From the human T2T-CHM13v2.0 reference genome, Homo sapiens, in assembly GCF_009914755.1 (NCBI RefSeq), contig NC_060926.1: DNA of 64,000 nucleotides; one strand, written 5' to 3'. Below the pieces are notes generated by a model. It did no database searches and was not told where the DNA came from. It saw nothing but the letters and a program-made list of their open reading frames with translations. This document shows, one piece after another, positions 41,750 to 56,711 of the stretch (the stretch's first letter is position 1; each line of letters starts with the position of its first letter). Both the position numbers and the translations under genes were made by a program.

Positions 41750-41925
41750 ATTTGCTATTTTGTTTTTGATGGCTTTTAGTCCCACAAAAGATGTTATAGT
41801 CGCAAGAAAGCTGTGATTGCTGGCACAGTACAGGACGGCTTCTTCATAGTTTAGGTGAAGATCAGCAACAAACCAATATTCACTTCCTTCAATTATAAGT
41901 GGAGGTCCATGAATTCCAGCACGGT
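41750..41925 (-). CDS. LY75: LY75 exon ~18 (CTLD5)
   Basis: 176 nt, phase 1->0; (D)RAGIHGPPLIIEGSEYWFVADLHLNYEEAVLYCASNHSFLATITSFVGLKAIKNKIAN; TAG / GTAATT. Confidence 0.97.
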
Positions 41926-42293
41926 CTAAAGAAGAAGAAGAAAAAGATTAGAATTATGACTATGCAAAGCAAACTGTGTCCTCTAAGCATGAGTTAATGT
42001 TCAAAACTATAAATAGTAATTCAGATTACCGGCCCTCTCTGGCTGGGGCAGTACTGACTACAAGGAACAAGAGATTCCTGAGCCAGTGACTCTGCCACTC
42101 CCCTACACTCACAGGGAAGGAAAAAGCCACCCTCATCACCTCATCCCATACCAGTCGCTCACCTTCCTTGCCTGGAGAAATTTTGTCTCACTTGAAGATG
42201 TATAGAGAAGAAGCTGGCACTTAAATAATTAACTAAATGCATTAGTGACAAGGTAAAAGCAGCTTTGGTTAAATTTCAGTTTTCTTAACTCAC

Positions 42294-42329
42294 CTGGATT
42301 GTACCAGTCTGGTGTTTTTGGAGTACGGC
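42294..42329 (-). CDS. LY75: LY75 exon ~17 (36-nt CTLD4-CTLD5 linker exon)
   Basis: 36 nt, phase 1->1; (G)RTPKTPDWYNP; CAG / GTGAGT. Confidence 0.95.
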
Positions 42330-44849
42330 CTGTATGAGGAAGAAAGCAAGTGGCATTAGTATTCCATGACAGATCAGGGTATACTATAAGTACGGCCTTT
42401 AATGTAGCTCGAAAGGACTTGCAGTATTGTTGAGGCTTGTCCATTTCTGGCCAACCCACTTCACGTTTTGATCACTTTAGTTGTATTTTGTAGGGCCGAT
42501 GCTAAACCTGCTTCAGGAGAAATCCAAAAGGCAGATACGTTAAATATTAATGAAGTATTTCTAGCAGTCTTTTACCTTGTGTCACAGAGGTCACAAAAGA
42601 AGTAAGACAGATAAAATATAGCTAAGAATTAGAAAGTAAAAACAAGTAAATAATGATATTGTATGTGTTACACAGAAGCATAAGAAGTAGGAACCAAAAT
42701 AACGGTCATTGAAAAGGGAAGTTATTCAGGAACCACTTCTGCATCTAATGAAACAGGTTAACTGTTCTGTAAACTTAGGTTGATAGAGTTCATTGTCTTC
42801 CAAGATATCCTTGGAAACAATGTACAATGCTCCAGTGTTGAACCTTTTGAGAAGATGAGACAAAACTGAGAGGAAAATAATTAAAAGTGACTCAGGATTC
42901 CCAGATGGAAACGGAGTAAATAATGGCATGCTACACAGAATTCCGGGTTGGAAGCTGGGCGGGTCAGTGTGCAAATGCCCTTATGCATTTTGCTGCCATG
43001 GTATTTCGGATGAGTGGCTTAACCCTCTCTGAGCCTTGATTTTCTCCTCTATGAAAACTAGATGGCTACCTGACTCACAGAGAGTGAAGGTCACGTGTGA
43101 TGCCCTGGAGGAAGTGGCCAGCACAGGACCAGGCACAGGGAAGTTCCCCATGGGAGCCTATTTGCGTTCCTCCCCCTTTTCATTCTGGCCACAGATCACA
43201 CTGGCTTCAAGTCAAAGACATCATTTGCTTAATCTTAGAAATTACAGAGTAAAATAGCTGGTCTTAATTTTGGTGTGGCATGTGAGCCTCAGGCAGGCAT
43301 CAGAAGACCTGACTCAGAGGACTGCCTGAATAGCCAGCATCTTTAGTCTCTCTCTGAGCCAGTTCTATTCGTATTGGATAATTTCCAACAATAATGTTGC
43401 AAGTCAGTTCAAAATGTACATAGTTTCTTGTCTGTAATCTTGTCAAAGACTTCTGATTATTTGTGTGTGGGGGAGGGAAAGCTATGGCTAACCTTTAAAT
43501 ATCTTTAAATTAGTGAGAAAAGTAGGATGCAAGGTGTTTTTTATACAAGATTGCAAACATGTATGTGTGTACAAGGTATCAAGAAATACAATAAAAATTG
43601 CTATGTCTGGGTAATGGCATCATAGGTAATTTTCCTAAAAACACTTTTATGAGCCTTATTTTTGACACAGTTTTCTCAAAAAATAATATTTAAAAAGTAC
43701 AAATATCCACTGTGGTTGAGGTAACTTCAAATTTACAGGTTGTCAAAATATCTCTTTTAGGGAAGAGAGGATTAATTAGAACCAAGTAATAAAAAGGCAA
43801 GAGCCAGAGAAGAGGCATGGTGATTTAGAATACATAAGAGGAAAACTTCTTTAAGAAAACCAGAAAATACAGATGAATACAAGTTGAGTAAACTTAGGCT
43901 GCTCTAATAACCAAGAAAATATCCAACCAGCTGAATGCATCACATCGTAACTTAGAAAGTTAGGTACAGTACGGTCAAAAAAGGGTGAACATAACATTTA
44001 AACCCTGGAGCAAGCAATCATTGATTTCTTCAAGTGATTGGGACAGGCTGAGAACAGGAGTTTAGTTTTTTATTTTATTTCTGCATGGGGATAATGGAGG
44101 TGGAATTATTTAGATTTGTTCGATTAATTGATTTATATTTTTAAGTGGGTTAATTCCTTTCTCTCTTGTTAAAAAATATATATTAAAAAAAATATATATA
44201 CACCTCCACATGCCCTTCATACTATTTCCTCTGGTGGCTAATTTGCCATTTCTAAGGTTGCCCTTGTTTAAACTCTGGGGTCTGCTCCACTGCTCAAACA
44301 GGAGGTGGGGGCAGCAGCTCCCATCGAGGGCACTTTGGTTGGAACAATGACACTGTCTGTGGAATGCTAACAAATGCCAGAGAGTAATGGGAGGCTCACA
44401 TTAACACTTCAAAACAGAGACATTGTCCGAATTAATTATATACAAGTTACTTTTCCACTTGTTTAAAGGATATCCAAACTGGTTTTCCTTTGTCCCTTTT
44501 TTGGGTTTAATAAAATAATCAAGAATAACTTAGGCATAATTTATCCTTTAGAAAAACCCATCAACACAACTGTCTTTCCCTTACAACTGGTTTGACAGTT
44601 TGCCTTTGTGAAAGAGATTCGCTACTACCTGATGTCACATCTGAAGCTCTTTTAACTATTTTAGGAATAACAATCTTCTAATAGGCAGTTCCATGATGTG
44701 AACTTTGGGTTCTTTGAGAACTTGTAGGAGGATATACCTTTAGTTTCAATGATCTGTTTACATTCAGTTCAGAGATTTCTTTAAAAACCTTCTATGGGTT
44801 TTCTGCTAATTAATTTCATACAGCCAATCTCTGCTTAAAAATAATTTGA

Positions 44850-45147
<298 letters not shown>

Positions 45148-45751
45148 TTTGAGAATTAAAGTCTTAACATTTTTCTTAATATTTCATGTTTTCCTGGAAA
45201 AAGTAAAGTAAAATGGTATCTACATTTCTCCCCACTCTCCCTTCTGTTATCAAAGGCTATACTATCAATCTAACTGGCTTCTCAAATTTGAATTTATATA
45301 AAGTATTAGCAGTTTTATAGTTCATTGAAAATTGCTTCTAAATTTTACAGGGACCTGCCAAATTTTTATTTCTTGACTTCTGCCTTATTCTTCCCAAGAT
45401 TATCTTTATTTTTTCATTTTGCATCAAAATAAAAACGAAAATGATTCTGCATTTCTCCTTTTGCTTAAAATAATATTTCATCCAAAATCTAATCTCCCTG
45501 AATGAGCCTCACATTTTATCTTCTATGCAAATTCTTCCATGATCAAAGAGTAAGATATCACTAAATTTCAATAAGCTAGCCTTCTATTAGAAGCCGGAGT
45601 CAGGCAGGGGGTGCTCCACATATTAATTGCATCATCATCATAGGCTTTTAGACATCAGAATTATAGATCAAAATGCTCCCCTAGCTACTTTGAGCTAGGC
45701 ATTCACAATGTTAACATGAGAAGGTTGTGAAAAGGAATAACTACCACTTAC

Positions 45752-45866
45752 CTTTTGGAATTTGGCACACCCATTCAAGTTTTGTATCACAAGCAAAAGG
45801 CCTCAAATAAATAAATTCTCTATCATCATAGAAATGCCAGCCTCTTCGCCATGGCCTATGAAATAC
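45752..45866 (-). CDS. LY75: LY75 exon ~16 (end of CTLD4)
   Basis: 115 nt, phase 0->1; VFHRPWRRGWHFYDDREFIYLRPFACDTKLEWVCQIPK; TAG / GTAAGT. Confidence 0.97.
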
Positions 45867-47029
45867 CTATAAGAGGAAAAGTATTGCAGAATATTTTGAA
45901 GTTGATACATCCCTTATGGAACACTAAACTGTAAGCCCTATGACTTTGATCTCTATTTTAGCTCTAGCACCTAAGATATTTGTTCGATAAATGAACACAT
46001 GAATTAATGGAATATTTAAACAGTAATACCCTGAGCAAGAGCCCTCAAAGGGGCTAACAAAGGAAATATGTTGTAAAGTCATGTTTATGTCCAAAATGCA
46101 AATTTTCTCCCCCACACCTGACAATTTTTGTTAGAATATTTATTTCAGAGGTATCCAAGCACCAAGCTGTGATCAAATTAGATCAGAAAGCGACATAAAG
46201 GTCCAGCCTCAGTGGCTCAGGCTCCTTCTCTGGTGTTACCATGCCATTTCTAGGATTTTGCCCTTCTCCACATGGTCCAGGATGGCTCATTACAAATTCC
46301 AGTCAGCAAGTAGGATAAAAAGGATAGGGGAAGGCATTACTTGGGAGAGACATCCATCACTTCTTAGACTATTTTCTCTTAAGACCAAGTTTCTGGGGGT
46401 TCTGTGGCAGGTGAGGTAAGATTTTCCTTACAGAACACTGCCCTGGCTGGGCTTGTTCCTGATGCAGGTTGCATTAGTATCTCTTTATTTATTTGGTAGA
46501 TTTTCAAATCTCTCCATACTTGGCAACTCTATTTCCCTAGAACACAGTTTATTGTACCAGTGTTCTCAACACTACTAAAAATTCCATAAGCTTCTCTGAA
46601 GTTTTCACCTTTTCCTGTGTTACATTGGGAATTCTATAAAAATGACATGTACTACACAGTTTATTACTAGAAGAGTTACTTTGAAAACAGTGCTTTCCTG
46701 TGGTTTTGTCAGTTCTTATATCCCTCAGCCTTCCTGTAACATTTCTGGTCAGCCACCTTGTTGAATCTCTTTCTTGGACTACAAATCAAAGATATTAACT
46801 GATGTCTCCTCCATCTTCATCTTTTTTCACTCTATATATTGGCAGTTCCTCCAAATCCACTTCTTGGCCCTTTTTTTAAAAATATACATTTTCCTTTCAA
46901 CTCAAGACTCTTGATCTCAACTTACCATAGCATACATTTTATAGCTAGCTTGGATTCAAAATATCTGAACTAAAACATACAATTTTCTCATAAATCAATA
47001 CCCTTTCTATTTCTATAAATGCCTAGTCA

Positions 47030-47310
47030 TATAGCATAGTGGTTAAGAGTACCAGACCCAGACACACATGGGTGTAAATTTCAGTTCTTTCAGTTTAAAT
47101 TTACTCCATGTAAGCTGGGGTAAATTACTCACAGCTCAAATTTCCATGTGAGATGAATACAGTAACAGTGCCTACCTCACAAGATTGCTTATGTGCTATG
47201 TGACATATGTGACATGCCTAGTATAGTGGCTGGCTCATAAAGGAGTTAATCAGTGTTAGCTGCTCCATCATCATCATCACCACCACCATGGACCATCACC
47301 ATCACCATCC
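47030..47310 (+). mobile_element. MIR followed by (CAT/CAC)n repeat, within L2-like remnants (~46700-48130)
   Basis: atagtggttaagag, taacagtgcctacctcac; catcatcatcatcaccaccacc. Confidence 0.7.
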
Positions 47311-48210
47311 TTATTATTCTTTCGTAATATTCTTGTTCTTGCATAAAACTTGTATTTCGCATGTCATAGTCTTTACTCAGTGGTGTTGTAATTGCTTGTT
47401 TACTTGTCTTTATTTCCTACTAGACTTTAGTTTTGTGAAGACAATGGCTATGCTTTGTACCTTGTCATTGTTCTATCACCCAGTGCCTCACTGACTCCTT
47501 GGACTGTTTATGAAATGGATACATGAATGCATTCTGCAAAGGAAGATGCCTCACTGGTCTTCTATGCCTTCCAATCTTACCTGTTGCTTTTGACATCTGT
47601 CTCAAGATGAATCTTCCTCATACCCTCCTTAGTTCATGTGACCCTCCCTACTCAGAAACTTTAAAAAATGCCCTGTTGCCTATCAAGAAGTGTAGAAATT
47701 CCTTAAAGTGGCATCAATCTGATTTCCTAATACTGTTATCAAGGACAGCACCAATGAAACTTCTTGATCTGTATTCTGTTCTCCACTGCCCTCTTCCACT
47801 TCCACCTTATTTTATACCACTTTCTCATACCATCCCCTCATGAAAAAACCTTACCCTATCCCATTTGTAGAAACTCTATCCATCCTTAAAGTCCCAGTTC
47901 AAGTCCCACCTCTTCCTGGGAAATGGCCATGGGACTCACTTTCTCCTCTGAATTTCATTAGCCTTCCTCAGCCCCCTCATTTGGAGCATATTACTGCGTG
48001 GTAATGAGAGAGGTTTTCTTGAATATGAATTTTATCCTCTCAAATGAAGTGTAAGTTAGGCTGCTGAGGGCCAGGCCATGGGTGTGCTTATCTCTCACTG
48101 CATCTAACATCATGCTTCACATAAAAAGACACTCCATGGATCTGTTACTTGACTGCATATGATGATGGACTTATGTTTTAAATATGCAGATTTTCCAGCA
48201 TTGTACTGAC

Positions 48211-48279
48211 CTTGACAGCAGCACAGTCTCTGATGTCATAATCCTGCTGAAACTCATTTGGCATGATAATAGTAGACAC
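48211..48279 (-). CDS. LY75: LY75 exon ~15 (CTLD4)
   Basis: 69 nt, phase 0->0; VSTIIMPNEFQQDYDIRDCAAVK; TTTTCAG acceptor, GTCAGT donor. Confidence 0.96.
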
Positions 48280-48776
48280 CTGAAAAGACAAGAGAGGCTT
48301 GAGAATTTAAGACTGATGTATAAATATTTGCAATTTAGATGTAATTTAGGCAGCCTTAATCACTCAAGTGCGTTGATATGCCACAGAAAGAAAACTTTTC
48401 CATCTCTTTTTTATATCATGATGCTAAATCATGAGAGGACTTAGCAAATGTCATAATGTCATAAGTTTCCAAACAAAGGAAGCCACAGTTTCAGAAGTGG
48501 AAGTTAATAGTGTATTAAGTTCGCCGCTGGAGTCATAGAGAATCAGGTTTGCAAAATACTTTTTTCTTTTTTTGCATGTGTTGAAATGCTCATTATTTGA
48601 TTAACTAATCTCAGATATGCTCCAATTTGAAAATAAACTCAAGGAGTTTTACATTTAGAAAGAATAAAAAAGGAGGTGACATTGGAGTCACCAATTTTTG
48701 GTGACAAAAATTGGAGTAAATATTGAATATTTGAGAATAATTTTGCTCCTATAACTATTACACTAATATATCCTTA

Positions 48777-49126
<350 letters not shown>

Positions 49127-49265
49127 TCCCCACCTAGTCCCCCCAGAAAAAGATATTTTATTTTTTGTATAACTCTTCCATATTTAGATAATAAAAAGAA
49201 AAGCTTCTTAGTATAAAAATGAAAATAAACAGTATAAAGAGAAAGCTTTGAAAACAATCACTTGT

Positions 49266-49862
<597 letters not shown>

Positions 49863-50059
49863 TCACTCATACTACCCAAAGATGACTACTATATTTATAG
49901 CTTTACAATTTTTTGACTATATATAGAGAGACTATACATATGGGTTTTTAAAAATAAAAAGAAGACTTGTAACTTGTCTTTTCCTTACTGCCTATATGAG
50001 ACTCTATTTTCATTTCAATAAAGACACATAATTTTAATGGTTGTATGATACGTGAATGT

Positions 50060-52145
50060 ATTTATTTTATTTTTTAAATTGGCAGATAAAAGTATATGCA
50101 TTTATCATATACAACATGATGTTTTGAAGTATATATACATTGTGGACTGACTAAATTTAGCTAATTAACAAATGCATTATCTCACACAGTTATTTCTGTG
50201 GTGAGAACACTTAACATCTACTTTTAGCATTTTTCAAGAATATAAAATATTAACTATAACCAACTTGTTGTACAATAGATCTCTTGAACTTATTCTTCCT
50301 ATCTAAATGAAATTTTGTATCCTTTGACCAACATCTCCCCAGTCCCCCACCTCATCTGCCCCAGCTCTTGGAAACCACCATTCTATTCTTTAGCTCTATG
50401 AGATCCTTTTTTTTTTTTTTTAAATTCCACATCTCAGTGATATCACGTGGCATTTGTCTTTCTGTGCCTGGCTTCTTTCATTTAACATAATGTCCTCCAG
50501 GGTCACCCATGTTGTCACAAACGGCAGGATTTCCTTCCCTTTTATGGCTGAGTAGTACTCCATTGTGTACATGTACCATACTTGCTTCATCCATTCATCT
50601 GTTGATGGACACTTAGGTTGATTTCCTATCTTGGCTACCATGAATAGTGCTGCAGTCACCCTCCGAGTATCTTAAACATTCTCATTTCACTTCCTCTGAA
50701 TATATGCCCAGTAGTGGGATTGCTGTTCATGTGGTTAGTTCTATTTTTAATTTTTTGAGGGACCTTCATAGTGTTTTCAATAATGGTTGTACTAATTTAC
50801 ATTCCCACCAACAGTGTGCAAAAGCTCCCTCTTCTCCACATCCTTACCAACATGTATCTTTTGTCTTTTTTATAATAATCATTCTGAGAGGTGGGAGGTG
50901 ATAACTTACTATGGTTTTAATGTGCATTTCCCTGATGATTAGTGATGTTGAGCATTTTTTCCTATGACTGTTGGCCATCTGTATGTCTTCTTTTGAGAAA
51001 TGTCTATTCAGTCATTTGGCCATTTTAAAATCAGATTGTTTTCTTGCTATTGAGTTGTTTGAGTTCCTTATCTACAGTCATGCATTGCATAATGGCCTTT
51101 CAGTCAACCACAGATGGCCTACATGTATGTTCCTGCCTCCATATGCTTGTGTAGATAGTCTTCCTTGGAAGGCCTATCCTTCCTCCTCTTGGCCAGTGTG
51201 AATACTGGCATTCAGATCATGGCTAGAAAGAAATGTTAGCCATCCCTTGAAGATGTGTTCCCACGAGATTATATCTTTACTGTACCTTTTCTATGTTATC
51301 ATTGTGTTACAAATCCCTATAGTAGTCAGTACAGTAACATGTTCAACAGGTTTGTAGCCTAGGAGCAATATAAAGCCTAGATGTGTAGCCTATGTGTGAA
51401 GTAGGCTGTACCATCTAGATTTGTTTAAGTATGTTCTATGATGTTTGCACAAAAACACTGCCTAACTAACAATGCATTTCTCAAAATGTATCCCATTGTT
51501 AAGTGATGTACGACTGTATTTTGGATATTAACCTTTAATCAGATGATAATTTGCAAATATTTTCTCTTATTCTGTGGGTTGTCTCTTCACTCTGTTGATT
51601 GTTTCCTTTATTGTGCAGAAGCTTTTTAGTCTGATGTAATCCCATTTGTCTATTTTGGTTTTTGTTGTCTGTGTTTTTGAGTTCGTATCCAAAAAAATCA
51701 TTGTCCAGACCAATGTCATGGAGCTTTCCCCCTGTGTTTTCTCCTAGTAGTTTCATAGTTTGGGGCCTACCATTTAGGGCTTTAATTCATTTGGAGTTGA
51801 TTTTTGTATATGGTATGAGATAAGGGTTTAATCTCATTTTTCTGCATGTGGAAATCCAGTTTTCCTACTATCATTTATAGAAGAGACTGTCCTTTTCTCA
51901 TTGTGTGCTCTTGGTATCTTTGTTGAAAACCAGTTGGCTATAAATATATGGATGTATTTTTGGCCTCTCTATTCTGTTCCGTTGGTCTAAGTGTCTGTTT
52001 TTATGCCAGTACCATGCTGTTTTGGTTACTATAGCTTTGAGGTGTATCTTCAAGCTCAGGTAGTGTGATGGCCTCCAGCTTTATTCTTTTTGCTCAAGAT
52101 TTCTTTGGCTATTCAGGGTCTTTTGTGGTTCCATATAAATTTTAG
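50060..52145 (-). mobile_element. L1MA-type 3' fragment (~1.6 kb) interrupted by a Tigger3-like element
   Basis: Reverse ORF2 C-terminal peptides (GNQPKCPSTDEWMK; [16 protein letters not shown]) and 3'UTR. Confidence 0.9.
51075..51516 (+). mobile_element. Tigger3a/MER7A-like TcMar-Tigger MITE carrying a ~128-bp foreign insert
   Basis: TA|cagtcatgcattgcataa ... ttactgtaccttttctatgtt ... tttgtagcctaggagcaata ... gttaagtgatgtacgactg|TA. Confidence 0.88.
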
Positions 52146-53247
52146 GTGTCAATGTATTATTTAACAATCAACTTGTTATTGAAACAAACAGTGTTTCCAT
52201 ACTACCTAAAACAATAACGTTTTAACTTACTGGTGTACGATCACTCCATTGCCAGGATCCTTGTAAATCTGGGCTCCTTTTATTCAAACCAATCCACAGC
52301 CAATGCTGGCCACTATGTAAAAAGCAAGTGTTAAAAATACAGGACAATGCTTGGCAAAAATATTTAGCACTCACATGTCTAATGTGCATCACTAATTGAA
52401 AAGCACAGTTTCAAGCAACATAAAGAAGTCTTTTGAAATGAAACTAAGCCCTTAATGTGGGGTAGTTACAGAAAAAGTACCATACTTTTAAAACTACATA
52501 TTAAGCTGTTTTCTTCATATGAAAGGCAAAAACCATTCTACTTTGAATTTTAAGAGGAAAAAAATGGAAATTATTCCAAGACTTTTACTGTAGTGCTTGA
52601 ATATTAAACAATACTTTCAGATACAGTCAAAGGCAACAATGGCATTTCTTTAAAGTGTTTGTCTATAACACTATCAAATATTCTTCTTTAAAATGCAGAA
52701 CTATTTGGCTAAATTTTTGTTAAACAATATTTGAAACATAGTTGAGTTCCTACTATCCACTAAGTTTAAACAAGCATTTGAGTATTGCCTATGTGCCAAA
52801 GAAATATACCAGAAAAATAAATTAAGCAATAATTTAAGTGATTATACTTATCACCTATAAGTATTATACTTTTATGTAAAAGGCATTGAGCTAGGTGCAA
52901 TGATGACACAGAGAAGTATAAGACCTACATCTACCCTGAAATGTAATATGAAATAGAGAGATAAGATATATATGAACAAAAAAGTAAAGACCATTTATGA
53001 AAGCTATCAAATGAGTTATATACATTTTAGGTGACACAAAAGTTCAGAGAAAGGAGAGGTCACTGCGGACTGCAGAAAATGAAGAAAGACTTTGTGAGGT
53101 TGGTAGGACAAAAGATATTCTTCAAGGGATGGCTAACATTTCTTTCTAGTCATGATCTGAATGCCAGTATTCAGATTGGCCAAGAGGAAGAAGGGTAGGC
53201 CTTCCAAGGAAGACTATCTACACAAGCAATATGGAGGCAGGAACATA
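51126..53247. repeat. Dispersed inverted repeat: 51126-51253 is the reverse complement of 53119-53247
   Basis: Hand alignment gives 5 substitutions and 1 indel in 129 bp. Confidence 0.96.
52231..52312 (-). CDS. LY75: LY75 exon ~14 (CTLD4, WIGL motif)
   Basis: 82 nt, phase 2->0; GQHWLWIGLNKRSPDLQGSWQWSDRTP; TAG acceptor, GTAAGT donor; not in ORF track, translated by hand. Confidence 0.97.
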
Positions 53248-53250
53248 TGT
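52770..53250 (-). mobile_element. L2-like remnant
   Basis: aacaagcatttgagtattgcctatgtgcca; aggcattgagctaggtgc; agttcagagaaaggagaggtcact. Confidence 0.6.
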
Positions 53251-54529
53251 CTAAGTAATCCTTTCCCCTCAAATACATTTATGCTCTGGCCAGGGATAAA
53301 TATCCAGCATAAGTAGATGTAATATAAGCACAGAAAATTTTCTCTGCCTCTAACTCCATTTGAAAATGTTTTCTAAAATTTATTACACTTTTAGGCGACC
53401 AATAATATTCCACATAATTTAACCTTTTGTTGGTACATGGTATGTATGATCAGTACATATGTGTGTATACATATATATAAATGTAATATGCCTGTAAGTG
53501 TAATACAGATACATTTTAGAGAAGGGGTAGATTCCAAATCTAAAAACAATGCATACTCTCAAGTTCAGCAGAATATATGGAACATATAGCTACAAGTCTA
53601 CAGAGAAATATAAGTGCATTTTAATAAAATGTACTAGTGAATCAAAGGCTGAAACAAAGAATTTTAAACTGATTTCTTATTTTTTAATAAATAATTGCTT
53701 TTCTTTATTTCTTACCTTTGTTCAACATTCCCTCATATTTTAACAACAATAAGTACTTTTTCATCTTTTCAACCTCAAGGCTTTTGGACTTAATGCAATG
53801 GAATATGAATGAGGACTGTCCTGTTTTGGTTTTTATTGTTATCTTGTTTTCTTTCATAGAGACAGATCCACCAATTTGTGGACCTAAGATATATCCAGTG
53901 GAGACAATTAAATCCAGTTTAAATTTAGTAGCTACAAGAGGAATTTGCAGTTTATGCCTTCAGCTCATCGGAGCTCTCTTACAGGCTTCCGAGTGTATCA
54001 TACTGCCCGAGTGCTGGATTTCTAAACCACAGGGTCTAGACAATTGGCATACACAGCACAATTAAAGCCAGACGGCTAAAATAGAGAGGCAGTTAAGTTT
54101 TCTTCCTCATATTTACTTGGGGAAATAACTGCATTTCTCCCAAATCTTTGCACATTATATATTTGGGCCTGGGGAATTCGTGTAGAATTTTGTGTTTCCC
54201 TAAAGTAAGCATTAGCTATTTTATCTTCTTTACACAATCCACAATACAACCAGGAAGACGATCAAAGATCATTTGTCACCTGCATTGTAGAGGCTCCCAC
54301 TGGCAGCCTTTTTAGAGGTTCATCCTCAACTTTCTAGGCTCCTCAAGCCCTTACCCAGTCTTCTCTCAGCTAATAGCTCCCCTTCCTTCCACTTAGAAAC
54401 ATCTCTGCTTTCAAGCCCATTTCTGGCTCCTTTGCTGCACCTCAGAGGACAGCTTCCTACAGAAAAGAGTTTGCTCGATTGTCCAAAATTTCTAATCTCC
54501 ACTACTTTCTGAAACTGTATTTCAGAAAT

Positions 54530-54596
54530 GTTTCATTTGAACACAGAAATTTACAGATTGAAAAAAGTTTCATTTGAACACAGAAATTTACAGATT
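54530..54596. repeat. Perfect 30-bp direct repeat with 7-bp spacer gaaaaaa
   Basis: gtttcatttgaacacagaaatttacagatt at 54530-54559 and 54567-54596. Confidence 0.96.
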
Positions 54597-56330
54597 TCAG
54601 CTTCATTTTAAAGAACTCACTAGCATGTCATAAATACAGAAAATAATAGCGACATGTATGTATTTTTTTTGTGCGGGATCAGAAGTGGAAAATATTTCCT
54701 CAATTGTAACTCATTCCTGGTTTGGCCTAGTTTAGCTGTAGGCAGATAAAGGGAAGAAGAAATTGGATATCACATTGATCATTGCACACTTCCAATGTTG
54801 ATTTTAGAAAATGTGAAGGAAAAAATTGCACCTGATCATAACTGGGGAATCAAGTCAAACTGAGATTCCCTCTCTCTCTTTATAAGTTCCTGGTACTCCA
54901 AGCACTAAGTATATGGTTTTAAAACTATTGGGTTAAGAAGAGATAGCGTAAAAGGTTAATATGTGTAATTGTGTTAAAATTCCTATTCTCAATCAAATTT
55001 CCTGCTGCATTTGGTTGCTAAGGAAAACAGTATCTCAGCCATAAGCCCCAATAAATACTATTTGATGAGGGTGCTTATTCTACAAAGCCTTAGATTTATG
55101 TCTAAATCCATTCTTGCCACATCACAGGGGGTAGTGTACACAGCAGCAATGGCATTGCAAACAAGGCTTTCTTCTCTAATCCTATGGCTATTTTTGCCCT
55201 ACAGTGGCTGTCCCTGTTGGGCTGCCATTAAGAGTTGCAAAGATCTCAGAGCCTTAATGATTTGGTGCACCATGAATCCTTTTCACTGAAATACAAATAG
55301 AGATGTGGAACTTAGATTGTGAGAGGTACAGCAGTAATCTGACTTAACTCCTTGGCATGCAATACACAATTTGGGCAATGGATATCTTGCTGAGAAAGGT
55401 CAATTCCTGCAATAAAAAGCCAAGGCATTCAAGGAGTATGCTTTAGAATCATTTTCTAATATAAATGGGTTTGCTTCCTTCTTTCCTTTAAGCCATGGTT
55501 ACAATTTTGGTTTTAGAATATGTTCTCTAAGCACAGCACAGGCAAACAATTTCTTTATTATGGAGAAGTTATTAAGCAAACAAAGCAGTCTGCTTACCAT
55601 GGCATTGTGTTAACTGCTAGGATCAGAGTACAAATAAAATACAGTTCCTATAAGTGAAGGGATTAAGGAGATTTGTTTTTTCTCTGTGCTGTTCTGTTTT
55701 CTAAATTCAATGTGCATTACTTTTATGATTAGAAAAAAATTAAACATAGTACATTCTATGGAAAATAGGTTTTGTAAAAGCTAAATGTGTAGAGATGTAA
55801 GTAAACAGAAAGGGTTTACACTAAGGGTTTACTATGTTTATAATCAGGAGCTAGGATTTGAGGTGATTGTTTGCTTCATTACTCATTTTTATATTTTCCA
55901 AATTTTATATAATGAACTTGTATTAATTTTTTAAAGAAGGGAGTGCTCAACAAGTGTGATTCAAAACAAAGAAACAAATCATAAAAATTTCCTTTCATGT
56001 TTTGTTTCCTAGTGTAATTCGTTCTGTATATGGATGCTCTTAATGGTCATTTCTATCACATATGATATTCCAATGTTTTCTACTTATTGTTTCTCACAAA
56101 TATCTACAACCTCATTCATTAGTACTTATCCATGGCTCCTCGTTCCAGTTAGAGTTACTAACCTCTTGCTTGGAATCTAGAGCTTATGTCAGCATTTTAC
56201 TTAAAAATACTTTATCTGGATAATATGATATTGTGTGTGTCAAGCTTGAAATCTAAGGGCCATTAAGTTGCCCTGCTTGAAACTTACATGTAAGGAAGTA
56301 TTGGTGGTGTATTTGAAAGGCCATGCCCCA

Positions 56331-56711
56331 CACATATACACCATGGAATACTATGCAGCCATAAAAAAGGATGAGTTCATGTCCTTTGTAGGGACACGGA
56401 TGAAGCTGGAAACCATCATTCTGAGCAAACTATCGCAAGGACAGAAAACCAAACACCGCATGTTCTCACTCACAGGTGGGAATTGAACAATGAGAACACT
56501 TGGACACAGGGCGGGGAACATCACACACCGGGACCTGTTGTGGGGCAGAGTGATGGGGGAGGGATAGCATTAGGAGAAATACCTAATGTAAATGACGAGC
56601 TAATGGGTGCAGCAAACCAACATGGCACATGTATACATACGTAACAAACCAGCATGTTGTGCACATGTACCCTAGAACTTAAAGTATAATAATAAAAAAA
56701 AAAAAGAAAAA
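56331..56711 (+). mobile_element. 5'-truncated L1PA (PA4-6-like) 3' end
   Basis: ORF2 last codons, 3'UTR and A-tail; TSD gaaaggccatg at 56315-56325 and 56712-56722. Confidence 0.94.

Noticed and set aside
47288-47494. His-rich ORF (MDHHHHHP...)
   Set aside because: Derived from a (CAT/CAC)n microsatellite next to a MIR
53718-55289. ORFs of 115 aa and 92 aa in non-repeat DNA
   Set aside because: Non-ATG starts, no recognisable domain, lengths compatible with chance
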